Positions 39,101 to 52,100 of a DNA stretch of 64,000 bases are shown here, one piece after another. Both the position numbers and the translations under genes were made by a program. The notes below the pieces were generated by a model that was not told the DNA's origin, ran no database searches, and saw only the letters and a list, made by a program, of their open reading frames with translations. The stretch lies in the NCBI GenBank assembly GCA_023213395.1, contig CM041465.1, positions 193,633,741 through 193,697,740 of the forward strand. The letters are read 5' to 3'. How positions within the stretch are numbered: the stretch's first letter is position 1; each line of letters begins with the position of its first letter. This stretch comes from Cycas panzhihuaensis (lineage: Eukaryota; Plantae; Cycadophyta).

Positions 39101-39500
39101 ATGATTAGAAGTCCATTGTTGGATATATATTTAGTGTTAGTAATGGATTTATTTCATGGCAATAAAATGAACAATAAATAATAGCACTATCTTCTACAGA
39201 GGTTGAATATCAAGGACTTTGTGCTAGTGTGAAGGAAGCTACATGGTTACAAAATCTCTTAGAGTTTCTAATGGATATCTAATTATCTTTATTAATAATC
39301 AAAGTACCATTCTCCTATCAATGAATTAAGAATTTTATGTGTATATGAAGCATATCAAGATTTAGTGCCACTACATCTCTAAATAGATTAAGTCAAGGAA
39401 GTTGCAGGTTAATTACTATCTAATTAAATTCTAGTTTATGGATGTGTTCACCAAGACTCTTACTGAAGATTAATTCACAAAGTTGTATACTAGATTATGA
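36188..39500 (+). pseudogene. Copia gag-pol remnant (gag split by insertion at 23566-36182; integrase internally deleted near 37690)
   Basis: Y*ILDSRA*KH (protease), LWHDRVGHLN, FVDDYTRKAWVYFLKNKS, *MDVKSIFLN, VYVDDLII, ALSSTEVEY; copia order PR-INT-RT-RH. Confidence 0.93.
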
Positions 39501-40088
39501 CTTATTAATGTTATCCTTGAGGGAAGATGTATCAATAAGGATAAAAAATTTGTAGGATAGTCTCATCCTTCATGATAACATAATTAGTATAGGTTACAAG
39601 CTCCTGACATTCATATTAAGGGGGGATATTAATATGGTAGTTATTTGTTAAACCACTAAGTTAAGGTTCATCTGGTTTAACTAATGGTGACTATTAAAAA
39701 TATGTGAGATATTCAGAGGGTCACAACCCTTATTGGGTGATACCTCTTGAAAGGATATATATCCTAAAGCCCTTATATTTTTGTATATCAATTCGTGTAT
39801 AATCAAGGTGATCCAAAAAGATCTTTTATCATGGATTTTTTCTTGAAAGGGTTTCTTATATAAACCATGCATATTGTTCATCTATATTCTATATTTATAT
39901 GTGTATGCTTATTGTGTATGGTTAAAGATTTTGTAAATCAAAACATACATGTATGATTTCATGTTCTCAAATACTTCTTACTATTCACCTACTGTAAGAT
40001 ATATGAGATGCACACATATCCATGCTATCTCTTTATCAGATGATGTAATGGCTCATTGTATTTGATAGGCTAGTCATGAGGTGATTTC

Positions 40089-40729
40089 TATTGAGAAGAT
40101 AGGGTCCCAATAACCTGAAGCTACTACCAAGATCTAAACTATTTTGTAACTAGTTATAGGAATCAAAACTAAAATTTAGCATGCAAGTTCCTAAACCAAA
40201 GATAATACAATAAAATAAATTAGAAAGTCAAAGCATCATATATACACCTAATATAATGTGATAAAACCCTAGCAGTATACTAGGGAAACATCCACACATG
40301 AAAGGTATCGATCTTTATTATCAAAGAATTGATAAATGTACATAATTTGTAGCAGAATGCTCATAGAAACAACAACCAGTTTCCTAACTCTTCACAGTAC
40401 ATCTAATACATCAAACACCATCAACATAATGAAAAAACACCCTAAATCAGGCTATATGAGAGAGTCATACAAGGCAAAAATCTTGGCCATAGAATTTAGG
40501 GTATTTTGAGAAAATGACCTTGATTCTCTTTATAATTTAGTATGCTTTTTAGTGCTAGCTTTTTGGGTTAGGGGCTATTACCTAAAAACCCCCTATTACC
40601 CCCTACACCCCCTGGCCAAGGGGACTCACACCTCCCTTGGAACCCCTTAAGGAAGTTTGGGGGGGGTAACTGCACTACTAACCTGTCAAAATTTTAGAAT
40701 CCAAAACATTGTTGTCACATTATCAAATA
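40089..40729 (-). mobile_element. Solo LTR of the same family as the adjacent copia 5' LTR, inverted
   Basis: Reverse complement of 40740-41388 along its length; flanked by atttc/aattc (TSD, 1 mismatch). Confidence 0.85.
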
Positions 40730-40739
40730 AATTCCTATA

Positions 40740-43487
40740 TGTTAGGTAATATGACAACAATGATTGGAGGCTAAAATTCTGACATGTTGTCAGTATAGTT
40801 TCCCCCTTAAACCTTCCTTGGGGGGTTCCAAGGGGGGCGGGAGCCCCCTTGGCTAAGGGGGTACGTGGGGTATGGAATGCCCCTCATAAAGAGGGGGTTC
40901 AAGGGCGATAGCCCTCGACCTAAAAAATTTAGTACTAGAAAGTATATTAAATTGTAAAGAGAATTAGGGTCATTCGCTCAAAATACCCTAGATTCTATGC
41001 TCAAGATTTGTACCTTAGATGACCCTCTCATGTAGCCTGATTTAGGGTATTTTTTATTATGTTGATAGTATTCAATGTACTGTGAGGAGTTGGGCAGCTA
41101 GTTATTGTTGCTGTGAGCACTCTGCTATAAGATTATGTACATTTTCTTCATTTTACAATAATAAAAATCGATACATTTCCTGTGTGGATGTTTTCCTAAC
41201 ACATTGCTAGGGTTTTACCATGTTATATCAGGTGTACATATGATGTTTGGCTTTCTTGTTCATTTTATTATTTTATCTCTAGTTTAAGAACTTACATGTT
41301 AAATTTTAGTTTTGATTCCTGTAACTAGTTACAGGAATAGTTTAGATCTTATTGGCAGTTTAAGGGTTGGGACCTTATCTTCTCAATAAGTGGTATTAGA
41401 GCCACTTTTATTTTTGTAGTGAGTTTGTGAAGGTTTTGGTGTCAGCTTCTTCTACACCAAATGGAGAAACTAACAAGTATAAAGTTTGAGGTGGAGAAAT
41501 TCAATGGCAAGATTAAGTTTGAGTTATGGAAGTTGAAAGCATATGGTATTCATGTACAACAAGGTTTGTATAGAGCTCTTGCAGGTAAAATGAAGAAACC
41601 TGTAGGGATTGACAATGACGAATAGGATGATCTAGATAAAAAGACTCTTAGCACAATACAATTATGCTTGATAGATGAAGTTCTTATTAATATCATAGGG
41701 GAGCAGACAGTAGCAAGATTACGAACTTGGTTGGAAGGCCTGTATATGACCAAATTGGCGATGAATTAAATCTACTTGAAGAGACAACTATACTCATTAT
41801 GGATGAAGGAAGGTACAAAAATTACTAACCATTTAAATATTTTTAATACTCTTATTTATCAGTTGGCTAGTATCGATGTTAAAATTGAGGATGAGGATAA
41901 GGTTATTATCTTATTATGATCATTACCAGAATCTTAAGATAATATTGTCACCTCAATTAGTTTTAGCACTACATATGAATTAGAATATGATTCTATTATG
42001 AGTGCTTTGTTGATGGAAGAAGTATGGAGGAAGTCTAGCCTTGAAACCTCCATACCAGAAGCTATGACAGCAAGGAGTAGAACAATTGATAGAGGACAAA
42101 GCTCCAAGGATACATCGAGGTCAAAGTCAAAAGGCAAGAAGAGTAAGCTCAGGTGTTGGCACTATAATAAGACCAGTCACCTCAAGAAGGATTACTTTAA
42201 AAGGAAGGAGTTCTAGAAAAAGGAAGATCCTTCCAAGGAGACTAATCAACTGGAGCCAAATCAAGGTATGAATGATGATGTCTTAGTTACTCGTAATGTT
42301 TCCCATTATCACCATGACTGGTTATTAGATTTATGTGCTTCACACCACATGTGACCATATAAGAGTTGGTTCTCATCATACCAACCTCTTAATGATGGTG
42401 ATGTTCTGATTGGAAATGAAGTTTCTTGTAAGACAGTAGCCATTGGTAGCATCGGAATTAAGATGTTCGATGGTATAGTGAGAACATTAACTAAGGTTAG
42501 ACATGTACCTGATTTGAAAAGGAATTTGATTTCTTTAGGTGAACTAGATTCAGGTGGTTATAAGTATATTGGTAATGAAGGAGTCTTAAAGGTGTCAAAG
42601 GTTGTTATGTAGCTATAGCATCAAAGACTGTAGAATATCTAGCTCAGTTATGGAATCAAAGACTTGGGCACATGAGTGAGAGAGGATTTAAGGTGATGAT
42701 AAACCATAAGTTACTTTCTAACTTACAACTTTCAAATTTGGCTTTCTGCAAACATTGTATTTTTGGAAAGCATTACAGACTCAAGTTTAAAGTAGGGAGT
42801 CACACTAATAAAGGTGTTATAGATTACATACATTTAGATGTATGGGGACCAACCCCTAAAATATCTTATAAAGGATCATTATACTTTGTTACATTTATAG
42901 ATGATTACTCTAGAAAGGTATGGGTCTATTTTTTAAAAAGGAAATATGAAGTTTTCAGTGTATTTAAGTAGTTCAAGGCTCTAGTTGAGAAGAACACTGG
43001 TAAGTCAATCAAATATTTAAGAACTGACAATGGAGGTAAGTTCAACTCCTTGGAGTTTAAAAATTATTGTAGAGAAGCTGGGATCGAAAGACACAAGACC
43101 ACTAGCTATACTCTATAGTAAAATGGCATTACTGAGCACATGAATATGACACTCTTAGAAAGAGCAAGAAGCATGCTAAGTAATGATGGAGTGGAACAGG
43201 GCTTGTGGGCAGAACCTATTCAAACATCTTGCTATCTGGTAATAGGTCACTATCACTTGCAATAGATTACAAGATTCTTTAAGAGGTATGGACTAGACAT
43301 CCATGTGATTATTCAAATTTGAAAGTTTTTGGTTGTGATGCTTATGCCTAGATTGATAAAAGTAAATGTTTAAAGTTAGACCCAAAATCCAAGTGATGTA
43401 TCTTTGTTAGTCATGGTGATAAAGATGGTATAAAGGGATACAGGTTTTGGGATACTATTGCCCACAAAATCACCATTAACAAATATG
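40740..43487 (+). mobile_element. Ty1/copia (Tnt1/Tork-TAR-like) 5' half: LTR, PBS, gag-PR-INT; 3' half missing
   Basis: LTR 40740-41388; PBS tggtattagagcc 41391; ATG 41461 ..KFEVEKFNGK; CWHYNKTSHLKKDY knuckle remnant; WLLDLCASHHM; DYIHLDVWGP..FIDDYSRKVWVYFLK; LRTDNGG; stops abruptly at ~43487. Confidence 0.92.
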
Positions 43488-45079
43488 TGTAAGGATATTT
43501 TGTTAATATAATGGAGGTACCTTAAGGGTACCGTTTGATCTTAGAGGTGTTTTTTCTATTTGTGAATATCTTTATTGCAAGGTCTATTTTCCAACATGGT
43601 ATCAGAGCGCCCAGGTTGAGAGAGGTGTTTTTGTTTATTATTAGAGCAGTGATTTGGGAGGTGCCATCAAGGGTTGAAAGCATATTCGAGAGAATAAACA
43701 TTAAAATTTCGTAAAAGTAATAGAAAAATTAAGACGAAATGGCTCGTTCTATAAAATTTGAGTGGTCGCACTCCAGATTTTGGAGTGAAAGTGCTAAAAT
43801 TATAGCAGAATTAATTTTGCCTTGCTTTTTTTTCCGTCATTGTCTTTTTAGGATAGATCTACAACCTCAACTTCAAAGAGCTATAACTTTAGCTATAGGT
43901 ATCTAAATAACCTCAATTTTTTTTTATTTTATGCATTTTTTAATTTACTTTCTAATGGAAGTGGTTTGATATTTATTAGAGTTTAGAGTGAAAAGTTATC
44001 AGTAGTTTATCAAAAGGTACCATTATAGTCCCTAAAAACCTTAATTATAAAATTCTTAAAAGGGGCACATAACTTTTGATATGGATGTCAGAATTAAATT
44101 TCGTCTAAACCATTGGAATCGTATTTTAGAGGCCATAATTTCCATCCATAGTTTATGTATTTTTTAATTATATTTCTTTTGAGAAATAAGTTTTTTAGGA
44201 ATTTAAGGGTTTCATATTGATATGGTGACTTGAATGAGGCAATGGTAATGAGGTGACTATTTGAGGCTCTCTTATGTATGTTGTGCATGGGAGAGTATTG
44301 TTACAATATGAGATGACATTAAGTCATGTTGATGTAAATGTATTTGGCACTCTATTAGTGATTTGAGATGTATGATGGTCATTATTTAATGGTAATTTGA
44401 GTGCTTTCTTACATGTATTCGTATGAGAGAGCTATTATGATGATGACATAGTATGGTAATGAAGCAACAATGCATGTGTTTGTATGAATGAGTTGGATGG
44501 CATATGGTAAATTAGTGATTCTTGTAATTTAATTTACTTGAAGGATCTTTATGGGTATGATAAGGCAAATTTGAGGACAAGAAAAATAATGATTTGAGGC
44601 AATGAGGTGCTTGTTGTATGCGAGGTTACATGACAAGATTAGACATTTTTTGGGCATGTTAAGGGTAAATTTAGGGTTATTTTGATGATGTTTTTTTAAT
44701 TGACTGAATGCAAAGAATGATGAGTTTTTTTAAGTTACCTGAGTTGCAGGGAAACAAACTTTGTGGAGTGGTGTTGTGGCATGAGTTATGTTTTAGGTAA
44801 TTAAGTGAAGTGTGATATGTCTTGGAGATTTAATAGTGGCATGAGGTATGCATGGTTTTTGCAAGATGTATGTGGTATAAGCTTTGATTCTATGGTGAAG
44901 TAAGTATTTCTTTGTATGTGACTATTTAGTAATATATAAGGTGCATAAGGCAATGATGTGATGATGAAGTTTATAATATGAGGGATATGAGATATCAGAT
45001 TTTTTGTTGAGAGTGATCAATAGGCAAGTTACTATGATAAGTGAGTTTATTAATTGAAAAGGGGATGTGGTGTTAGGAA

Positions 45080-46230
45080 ATGACATTTTCAATCATGGAG
45101 AAGAATGATGTGGTTATGTATATTCCTGAAACAAATGAATACTACTTAAAGGATTTGTTTCTTCCAATACCTAAGTGTAATGGACAAGACTACTTCTTTT
45201 GGACGATTAAAATGAAATGTTTTTTTAGAGCTAGAGGTTTGTGGAAGCTTGTTACTGATGGATATGTTATCCTTAAGGATGAAGAAGAAAAGGAAATGCT
45301 TGAGAAGAAAGATAAAAAGGTATTCATTATGATTCGTGATGAATTCAATGAGGCTGATCTTCCTTCTGAATAACATTTTATCATTCCTATGATTCTATAT
45401 ACAAGTATTGCTAAAGAGGCTTGGAATTTTCTAAAGGAAGTATTTGAACAAACTCCTAAAGAGACACAATGAATGATTGAAAAGGAAATTAAGGTTAGTT
45501 ATGGTTATAGTATAGGTACAATGAATGAAGAAAATATCAACAACACTGATGAAACGACATGTAAAAATAAAGAATATATGAGTACTGATGAAATTTCTAC
45601 TGAATGTAAAGAAACAATGGTTGAATGTATTGATGAGATTACAGCTACTGATGAAGACATTGAAAGTGATGAGTTGATAAAGGTTTATATAGATGACACC
45701 ATAATTTCAAGAGAAATTAAATATAAATCTAATGATCTTATAAAGGATGAGTCTTATATTGATGATATTCCTACTTTAAGTATTGATTCAAGTTTGAATG
45801 GTATTCCTTCTTTGAGTATTAATTCAAGTTCAAAAAGTATGCAAGTTAATCAAGAGTCCACTCTAAAGGTTGAAGAAATCATTATTGCACATGATCAAGA
45901 ACTTATATAGGATAATGTTGACAAGCAAGTTGTGTTTGAAGAAGGTTACTTAAAAGATCTTCATCAAAATCAGACTAGACCAACCACAATGAAGAATCAG
46001 GATTCACACTTGCTAGAGCTGCTACATCAACATCATCACTATAGGATTGAAGATGGAAATCAAGCTAAAGACATCATTCTACAAAGGCATCAGTATTGAA
46101 TTGAAGATCAAAATCAAGTTGAAGATATCATTATACAGAAAAGACATCACTACAAGATTGAAGATAAGGATCAAGTTAAAGACATCATTTTCAAGACATT
46201 TCTAAGGACAAGGCATTACAAATATAAATG
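45080..46230 (+). pseudogene. Truncated copia gag N-terminus + acidic low-complexity tail + tandem repeats
   Basis: IPKCNGQDYFFWTIKMKCFFRARGLWKLVTDGY..KKDKKVFIMI..AKEAWNFLKEVF, then D/E/T-rich ORF 45473-45910. Confidence 0.85.
46034..46200 (+). repeat. ~3 copies of a 54-57-bp tandem repeat
   Basis: catca.ta...[g/a]attgaagat....atcaag.t.aaga.atcatt repeated three times. Confidence 0.8.
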
Positions 46231-46473
46231 ACCTAAATGTGCATTAAGGGGGAGTGTTAGAATATTAATTTACATTTGTTTTGTCCCACATGCAAGTGGG
46301 TCCCACTCTCACCATCATGACATTTATTATAAATACATAATATAGTGTATCATATGTAATCATGTTGTAAGGATGTTTTGTTAATATAATAGAGGTACCT
46401 TAAGGGTACTGTTTGATCCTAGATGTATTTGTTCTATTTATGAATATCTTTATTGCAAGGTCTATTTTCAACA

Positions 46474-48528
46474 CTAGTGTAAACTCATATTGTGATTAGA
46501 GATGATATACAAAGGGTCTCTTGCCCATCGCATATTATAAAACACATTTGAATTGATGAAAATACAAATCAAAATGCCCTAGTCCTTATGTAGCCCACAA
46601 ATATACCCCTACTAATGCACACATGATAGCCTCATGAAAACATAGATCAATTAAATCGAATCAAACAAACATTCAAAAAGACAATAATATAATTGAATGA
46701 ATTTTGCAAAGTCAATTTATTTTATGGAATAAAAATGTCTCTATTTGATTTAAAAGATTTAATTGGATTGTATAGTTTTTAAAATCTATTTGTAGGAAGT
46801 CATATGAAATGCCTATATGTCTAAAGGCTAAGTTATTAAGGGGGCAGATTTTAACTTTTATAAATTAGGTTGGATTATTTTTTATCTTTTTAAATTTATA
46901 TTTAGAGTTTGATAAAGTTTTAGATTTGTAATCCATTTTCAAAGGATCACGCATTATTTCATGACATACTAGCATATTTTATAACATAACTCATCACTTG
47001 TATATTAGAATTAGATGTTATCTATTGTGTTGAAAGTAAGACTTTGAGATGATCAAAATGAGTGGTCATATGACCTACTTTAGATAGCAGAAGATAGATA
47101 AAATTTAGGGTAAAGTTGATGTAAAGTCTTAAACCTCATTTTAGATGAATGCTATATCAATTTTCAAAAATGTTTCAATTAATTTTGATGTTTTCTATGG
47201 CTTCAATCATGATGGTAAAGTTATTTTTAAGAAATGGTGGATGAAAAATAAAGTTAGTTTAAAATCAAGTATTTTAAGCACCATTTATGATATTTTAAGG
47301 CATATTTTAGTAGGAAAATTTTATTAAGTAGGAAATATTTGATGAAGTTATCATATGAGACATCCTTGATATGTTGGTATTTAATTTCCTCCTTGGAAAC
47401 ATCATATTTGGTTTAGTGGATGGAAAAAACCCTAACCAAACATACATATCACCTAGTTATTAAAGTATTTTTTTATGATCCATATTAGTTATAGATGTTA
47501 TCTAGTTAGATGTTAAGTATAGTTTGCCTTGTTACAGTTAACTTGCCATTACTAGGTAGTTCATCCTATTCCCAAAGTTGGCTATTCAAGATGATCTAGT
47601 TGTTGACTTGATCTAATTGATGAAACCTTGACATAACACACAAATTATATTGATCTTATAAGTAATTTGGAAGGATGATGAACCATGTATTTTAAGTAAT
47701 TTCCTAATGAACTAGCGATTATAATAGTTGGTCACCCATGTATTTTAGTAGATGGATATTATTTTATATAGACTCATATATCACTTTGCTTGATTTTTAA
47801 ATTGATTTGATGGTTATCCAAATATTGATCATCTAACTTAATGTTGATTGAAAGCCACAATATAGGTGAAGATATGGAGATGTGTATCAAACACTTCATA
47901 TACATAGGTTTTATATAGGTTAGTTCTTGATGGATATAAGAATATGGTTACAAGTTATATATAGGATATAGATACAATTATAGATTACAAGCTACTTACA
48001 AGTTACATGTGATACTGCATATAGGATACCATTATAAGTGACAAGGTCTAGTATATAAGATGAAGACTTGAAGACTTTATATTAAGATTCAAGGACAGTA
48101 AACATTATGGGGAGGTGTTAAAATATAATGTTTGATGTGGATTCATTATGCACATATACTTCCCACTATTCGCCTACTTTAAGATATGTGAGATGTACAC
48201 ATATCTATGTTATCCCTTTATTGGATGATGTAATGGCTTATTGTATTTAATAGGTTGATCATGGGGTGATTTCTACTAAATATATGTATATTCACCACTT
48301 GAGAATTTGAGCAATGAGAAAGGAGAAAGATGTAAACCTTTTGATTATAAGCATAGTCCTAACTCCACCTTCTCCCATGGTTTTTCCTACAATGGGTTTT
48401 TGATGTATAAATCTTAGTGTCTTATGGTAATTATGCTTATTGATGCTTACTTTATTTTATATTCATATTGATTAATTTACTATGTGTATATACTCAAGTT
48501 CATTATTATTGCATCCATTATTTTAACA
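46474..48528 (+). mobile_element. Family X non-coding LTR element: internal region, PPT and LTR (48116-48528)
   Basis: PPT ggggagg then tgttaaaata...ttttaaca; homologous to 21330-21749 + 39979-40088; followed by PBS tggtattagagc at 48529. Left limit uncertain. Confidence 0.75.
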
Positions 48529-49106
48529 TGGTATTAGAGCAATTCCAATACCTACTTTAAGAAGATGATTTAGTGGTCCTAATCTATTTTGAAATCCTTC
48601 CCAATCATGGATTCCCCTTATTGCTTCCCATGAGTAATCAACCAGTTTTTAAAGTGCTTAAGATCTTTCTATATATCTTCTTATTCAATGATCATAATTA
48701 CTTTATAATTTATAACCTCACAAATGCTTACATTATTCTCATATTTCTATTTACCTTGCCTTTGAATGTATTATTTGTGAAATTGCTATGATGGTACCAT
48801 ACATCCTTAATTTGATGGTAGTGCTTTATACACATTTTACTTTCTCATAGAGTTCTAATCTTCCCTATCTCTTCTAAGTGATCAACCAACTCACAAGTTA
48901 GATTAGATATGTCTACATATTTTTTAATCCTATAATGGACATCCCTTGTGTAAATTTCCTACTTGAAAACTTTAATTTTCTTAAAATATCATCCTTACAA
49001 GTGGCCTTACTGTAAATAGATTAGATGTAGCCTCTAATCTTTGATTAGATGTATGTTCCTCAACTCATAATTTTCCTACTCATAAATTTCTTACTTAATA
49101 ATTACT

Positions 49107-52100
49107 TATTGCATAACTAATCTTTTTAGTTATGTAAATCATTAACATGCAGAGAGACACCATGTGGTTAAGTGATAATATTAGTTATGAAACTTTGTAT
49201 ATGGGCGACTAGATGGTGGAATGAAATATAAAGTTACTTTGGCCACCAATAAGATTACTTAGAAAAGACCCTTTTTTATCTATTTAAGGGTTATGGATTA
49301 TAGAAGATGGTTAACTTGATACTTTTCTTCTTATAAGAATTATATTATGCTACTCTCTTTTAGTGATCAATTGATGTTCTTATACTCTCAAGTCCCTTTA
49401 TCGATTTATTTATTATTTCTAATTAGATAAAGTGGTTGCAAATCATCCATTTTTTTCCATTTTGAGAAGAATCTTTGGAAAGAAATATCCCAAGTGGTAT
49501 TAGCGTGAGGCTCGACAACTTGTAGAGTAGCCAGCAGTATGAGAAAAAAGGAAATTTGTTTTCCCCTCGATGACTCCATAATCCCTCTCTTCAATTTTAA
49601 TTTTTATTAGTTAAGATCTATTAAAGTGTAAATAATGTTGCTTCATAGTTATCCTTTCCATTCCTACCTTCTCCTCCCTTAGTTCTTAGGTAGATAACTC
49701 TATATGATAACTACTCACCATAGGCAAAGCCCTTATTTCAAGGTTCTTTAAATATCACAAAAGATCTATCATTCTAGACTAAGTGTACTATGGCTTTTTT
49801 AACTTTACATGAAGGACTTGAATTAACTTTGTTGAACTAATCCTTAGATATAACTCGTATATTGAAGTAAACGTCCATATACCTTTTAGTATATAAGAGT
49901 ACCCCCTCTAGGTTTTTCCTTCCTTTCTTAGAGGAGGCAACCCTTTGGTCATTTATCCCTATGGTGCATAAGTTAGTAGTTGGTACCAAAAAGTTACTCT
50001 ACACAAATACCTTTATATGGATATGGACCTTATAAAGATAATCTTTCCTCCATAGGTAGTGCCTTGCAATATTAGGCTGAGATATATAATCAATAGAGAA
50101 ATTTATCATAGGCCCTATAAAGCTAAGCAATCCCAAGATTAAAATCTGGTAGCTGTCATTTGATTTGAAAGTTCTATTCACAAAACAAAACTAAGTCTAT
50201 TGATCTATTACTATTCATCTATCCCTAACACCATAGCCCTATTAGGAGAAGGAAATAACTTCATTAATACTTGTCCAAATCTAAAATGGATTAAACCATT
50301 ACAATTGCTATGGAAAAAAAAAAAAAAAGTCCATAAATAAAAAATTATAGTTCAAATTCATACATCCTATTTTATTTAACACTTCAAGTTAATCAAGTTA
50401 CACTAAGTCTATTTGTTGATTATTATAGCACCCAAGTTGCTAATGGGCCTCATTGCCTAAATTTCACTGCTAAAACTGACCCACCCTAGTTCAATGAGCT
50501 CTTTGCACTCATCGAAGTGCACTAGGTTATTTTGTTATGTAAATTTTGGGGTTGATATGCTATAGACATCCTACCCCTATCGTAGTTCCCTTATTTTTCC
50601 CCCAGTAGGAATACATCTTGACTTCTTGGAGCACCCATTCTATCTTTCTTTTACCATTCATTTATACCCCTTCTATCTTACTCATCCCACTTTGTAAATT
50701 CCCTTCTTCTAGCTATGCTTACTTTCTTTAAACCATTTCTACACTCATCATGGCCCCTCATAATTAAGGCGATAGAATTATGACACTCGAGAATCAAGTC
50801 ACCACCTTATAAAAGGACATCAAATAAGGCATAACCACCATGTAAGAGTAGGTTAAAGAAGAACTCGCCACCATGCACTAGAGTATTATAGTAGAATTGT
50901 CAAGTATTACATCCAAGTCAAATATGACCTAGATAATGAATCAAATAGTATAAGTTTCCTCTAATATACCAAATCCATTAACTAGGGTTGGTCCCACACT
51001 ATAATAAATGATGGTAGAAATAATCATTTTACCATAAGATCAACATCCCCACATTTGATCTCGACCACACAAAGGATAGCATACAAAGGTAGATTAGTAA
51101 ATTAAAGTCCTACTTTGCCCTCAATATAATGCCAATGAATGATCAGTTTACATTTATATCTATCCATTTAGATGGAAAGTCACATCATTGGTTTTGGTGA
51201 TGGAAGTGAGAATACCTATCCAGTTGATGTTAGATCCATTTCTCTATTACCTTCTTCAAGCAATATGAAGATACTTAGAACAAATCCTTCTTCACTTAGT
51301 TGACATGGTTAAAATAAGTATCATTTATAGAAGTGTATATTGATAAGTTTTAACCTTCACATAATTAGGTTGATTAGCAACTTGATAAGTAGATAGAGAT
51401 AGATACACATGTGGTCAGGCTTAAAGAGTGAATTTAAATATACCTTAAGACCATGTCTTTACATACTTTGAAGGACACAATTAATGTCTAAAGTAGTTGA
51501 AGTGGAATTTGCCTCAGAAAGGCCCCCTTTATTTAGATGAGATTCCACCTAGTTTAAAGATTGTGATAAGATTATTATCAATAAGATACTACCTAGTCTC
51601 AAAGACCATAATAGGTAGACTACAATGATCATGCTTGTAATTGGAAGACCCTCAATATACACCTACTAAGTATCATTTAAAGGAACCATTATCAAAATCC
51701 ATTTAAATCAAACCAATAGAGGAATAAAACTATCAAGAATCTGGTCTTTATATATAATGCTTAGAAAAGTAAACTATAAATCACAATAGAGTCTGTAAAG
51801 GTAGGAAGATGGTGTTCATAATCAAACCTAACTTATCTCTAAAAGATGACCTTGATTCCAATCATAAACATGAAGAAGACCACCAAGAACACCCTATTAA
51901 AGAGTTTCCCCCTAATCCAAAACCTAAAGTTCCTTTATCTACTATTACCTCCATCTCATATCCTAAGTCACTATGTGTTAAAAGAACACTTCAAGAAAAC
52001 CCCATCACCCTTTTTATGGACGATGGTATATTATTAAACTTCATTGATATATCCATTGCTAGATAAATTAATCTCTATATAAAATATAAGATAGGCTTCA

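Larger units (their letters stand above)
43488..46473 (+). mobile_element. Second gag-only non-autonomous LTR element (TR-GAG-like); 5' LTR truncated
   Basis: 5' LTR remnant 43488-43596; PBS tggtatcagagcgcc 43597; PPT aagggggag 46246-46254; 3' LTR 46255-46473; no pol. Confidence 0.9.

Noticed and set aside
40089-41388. MITE/foldback DNA transposon or miRNA precursor
   Set aside because: The right arm is followed by a PBS and copia gag, so the arms are LTRs.
46034-46200. CRISPR-like array
   Set aside because: Head-to-tail degenerate repeats without unique spacers, inside a plant retroelement.
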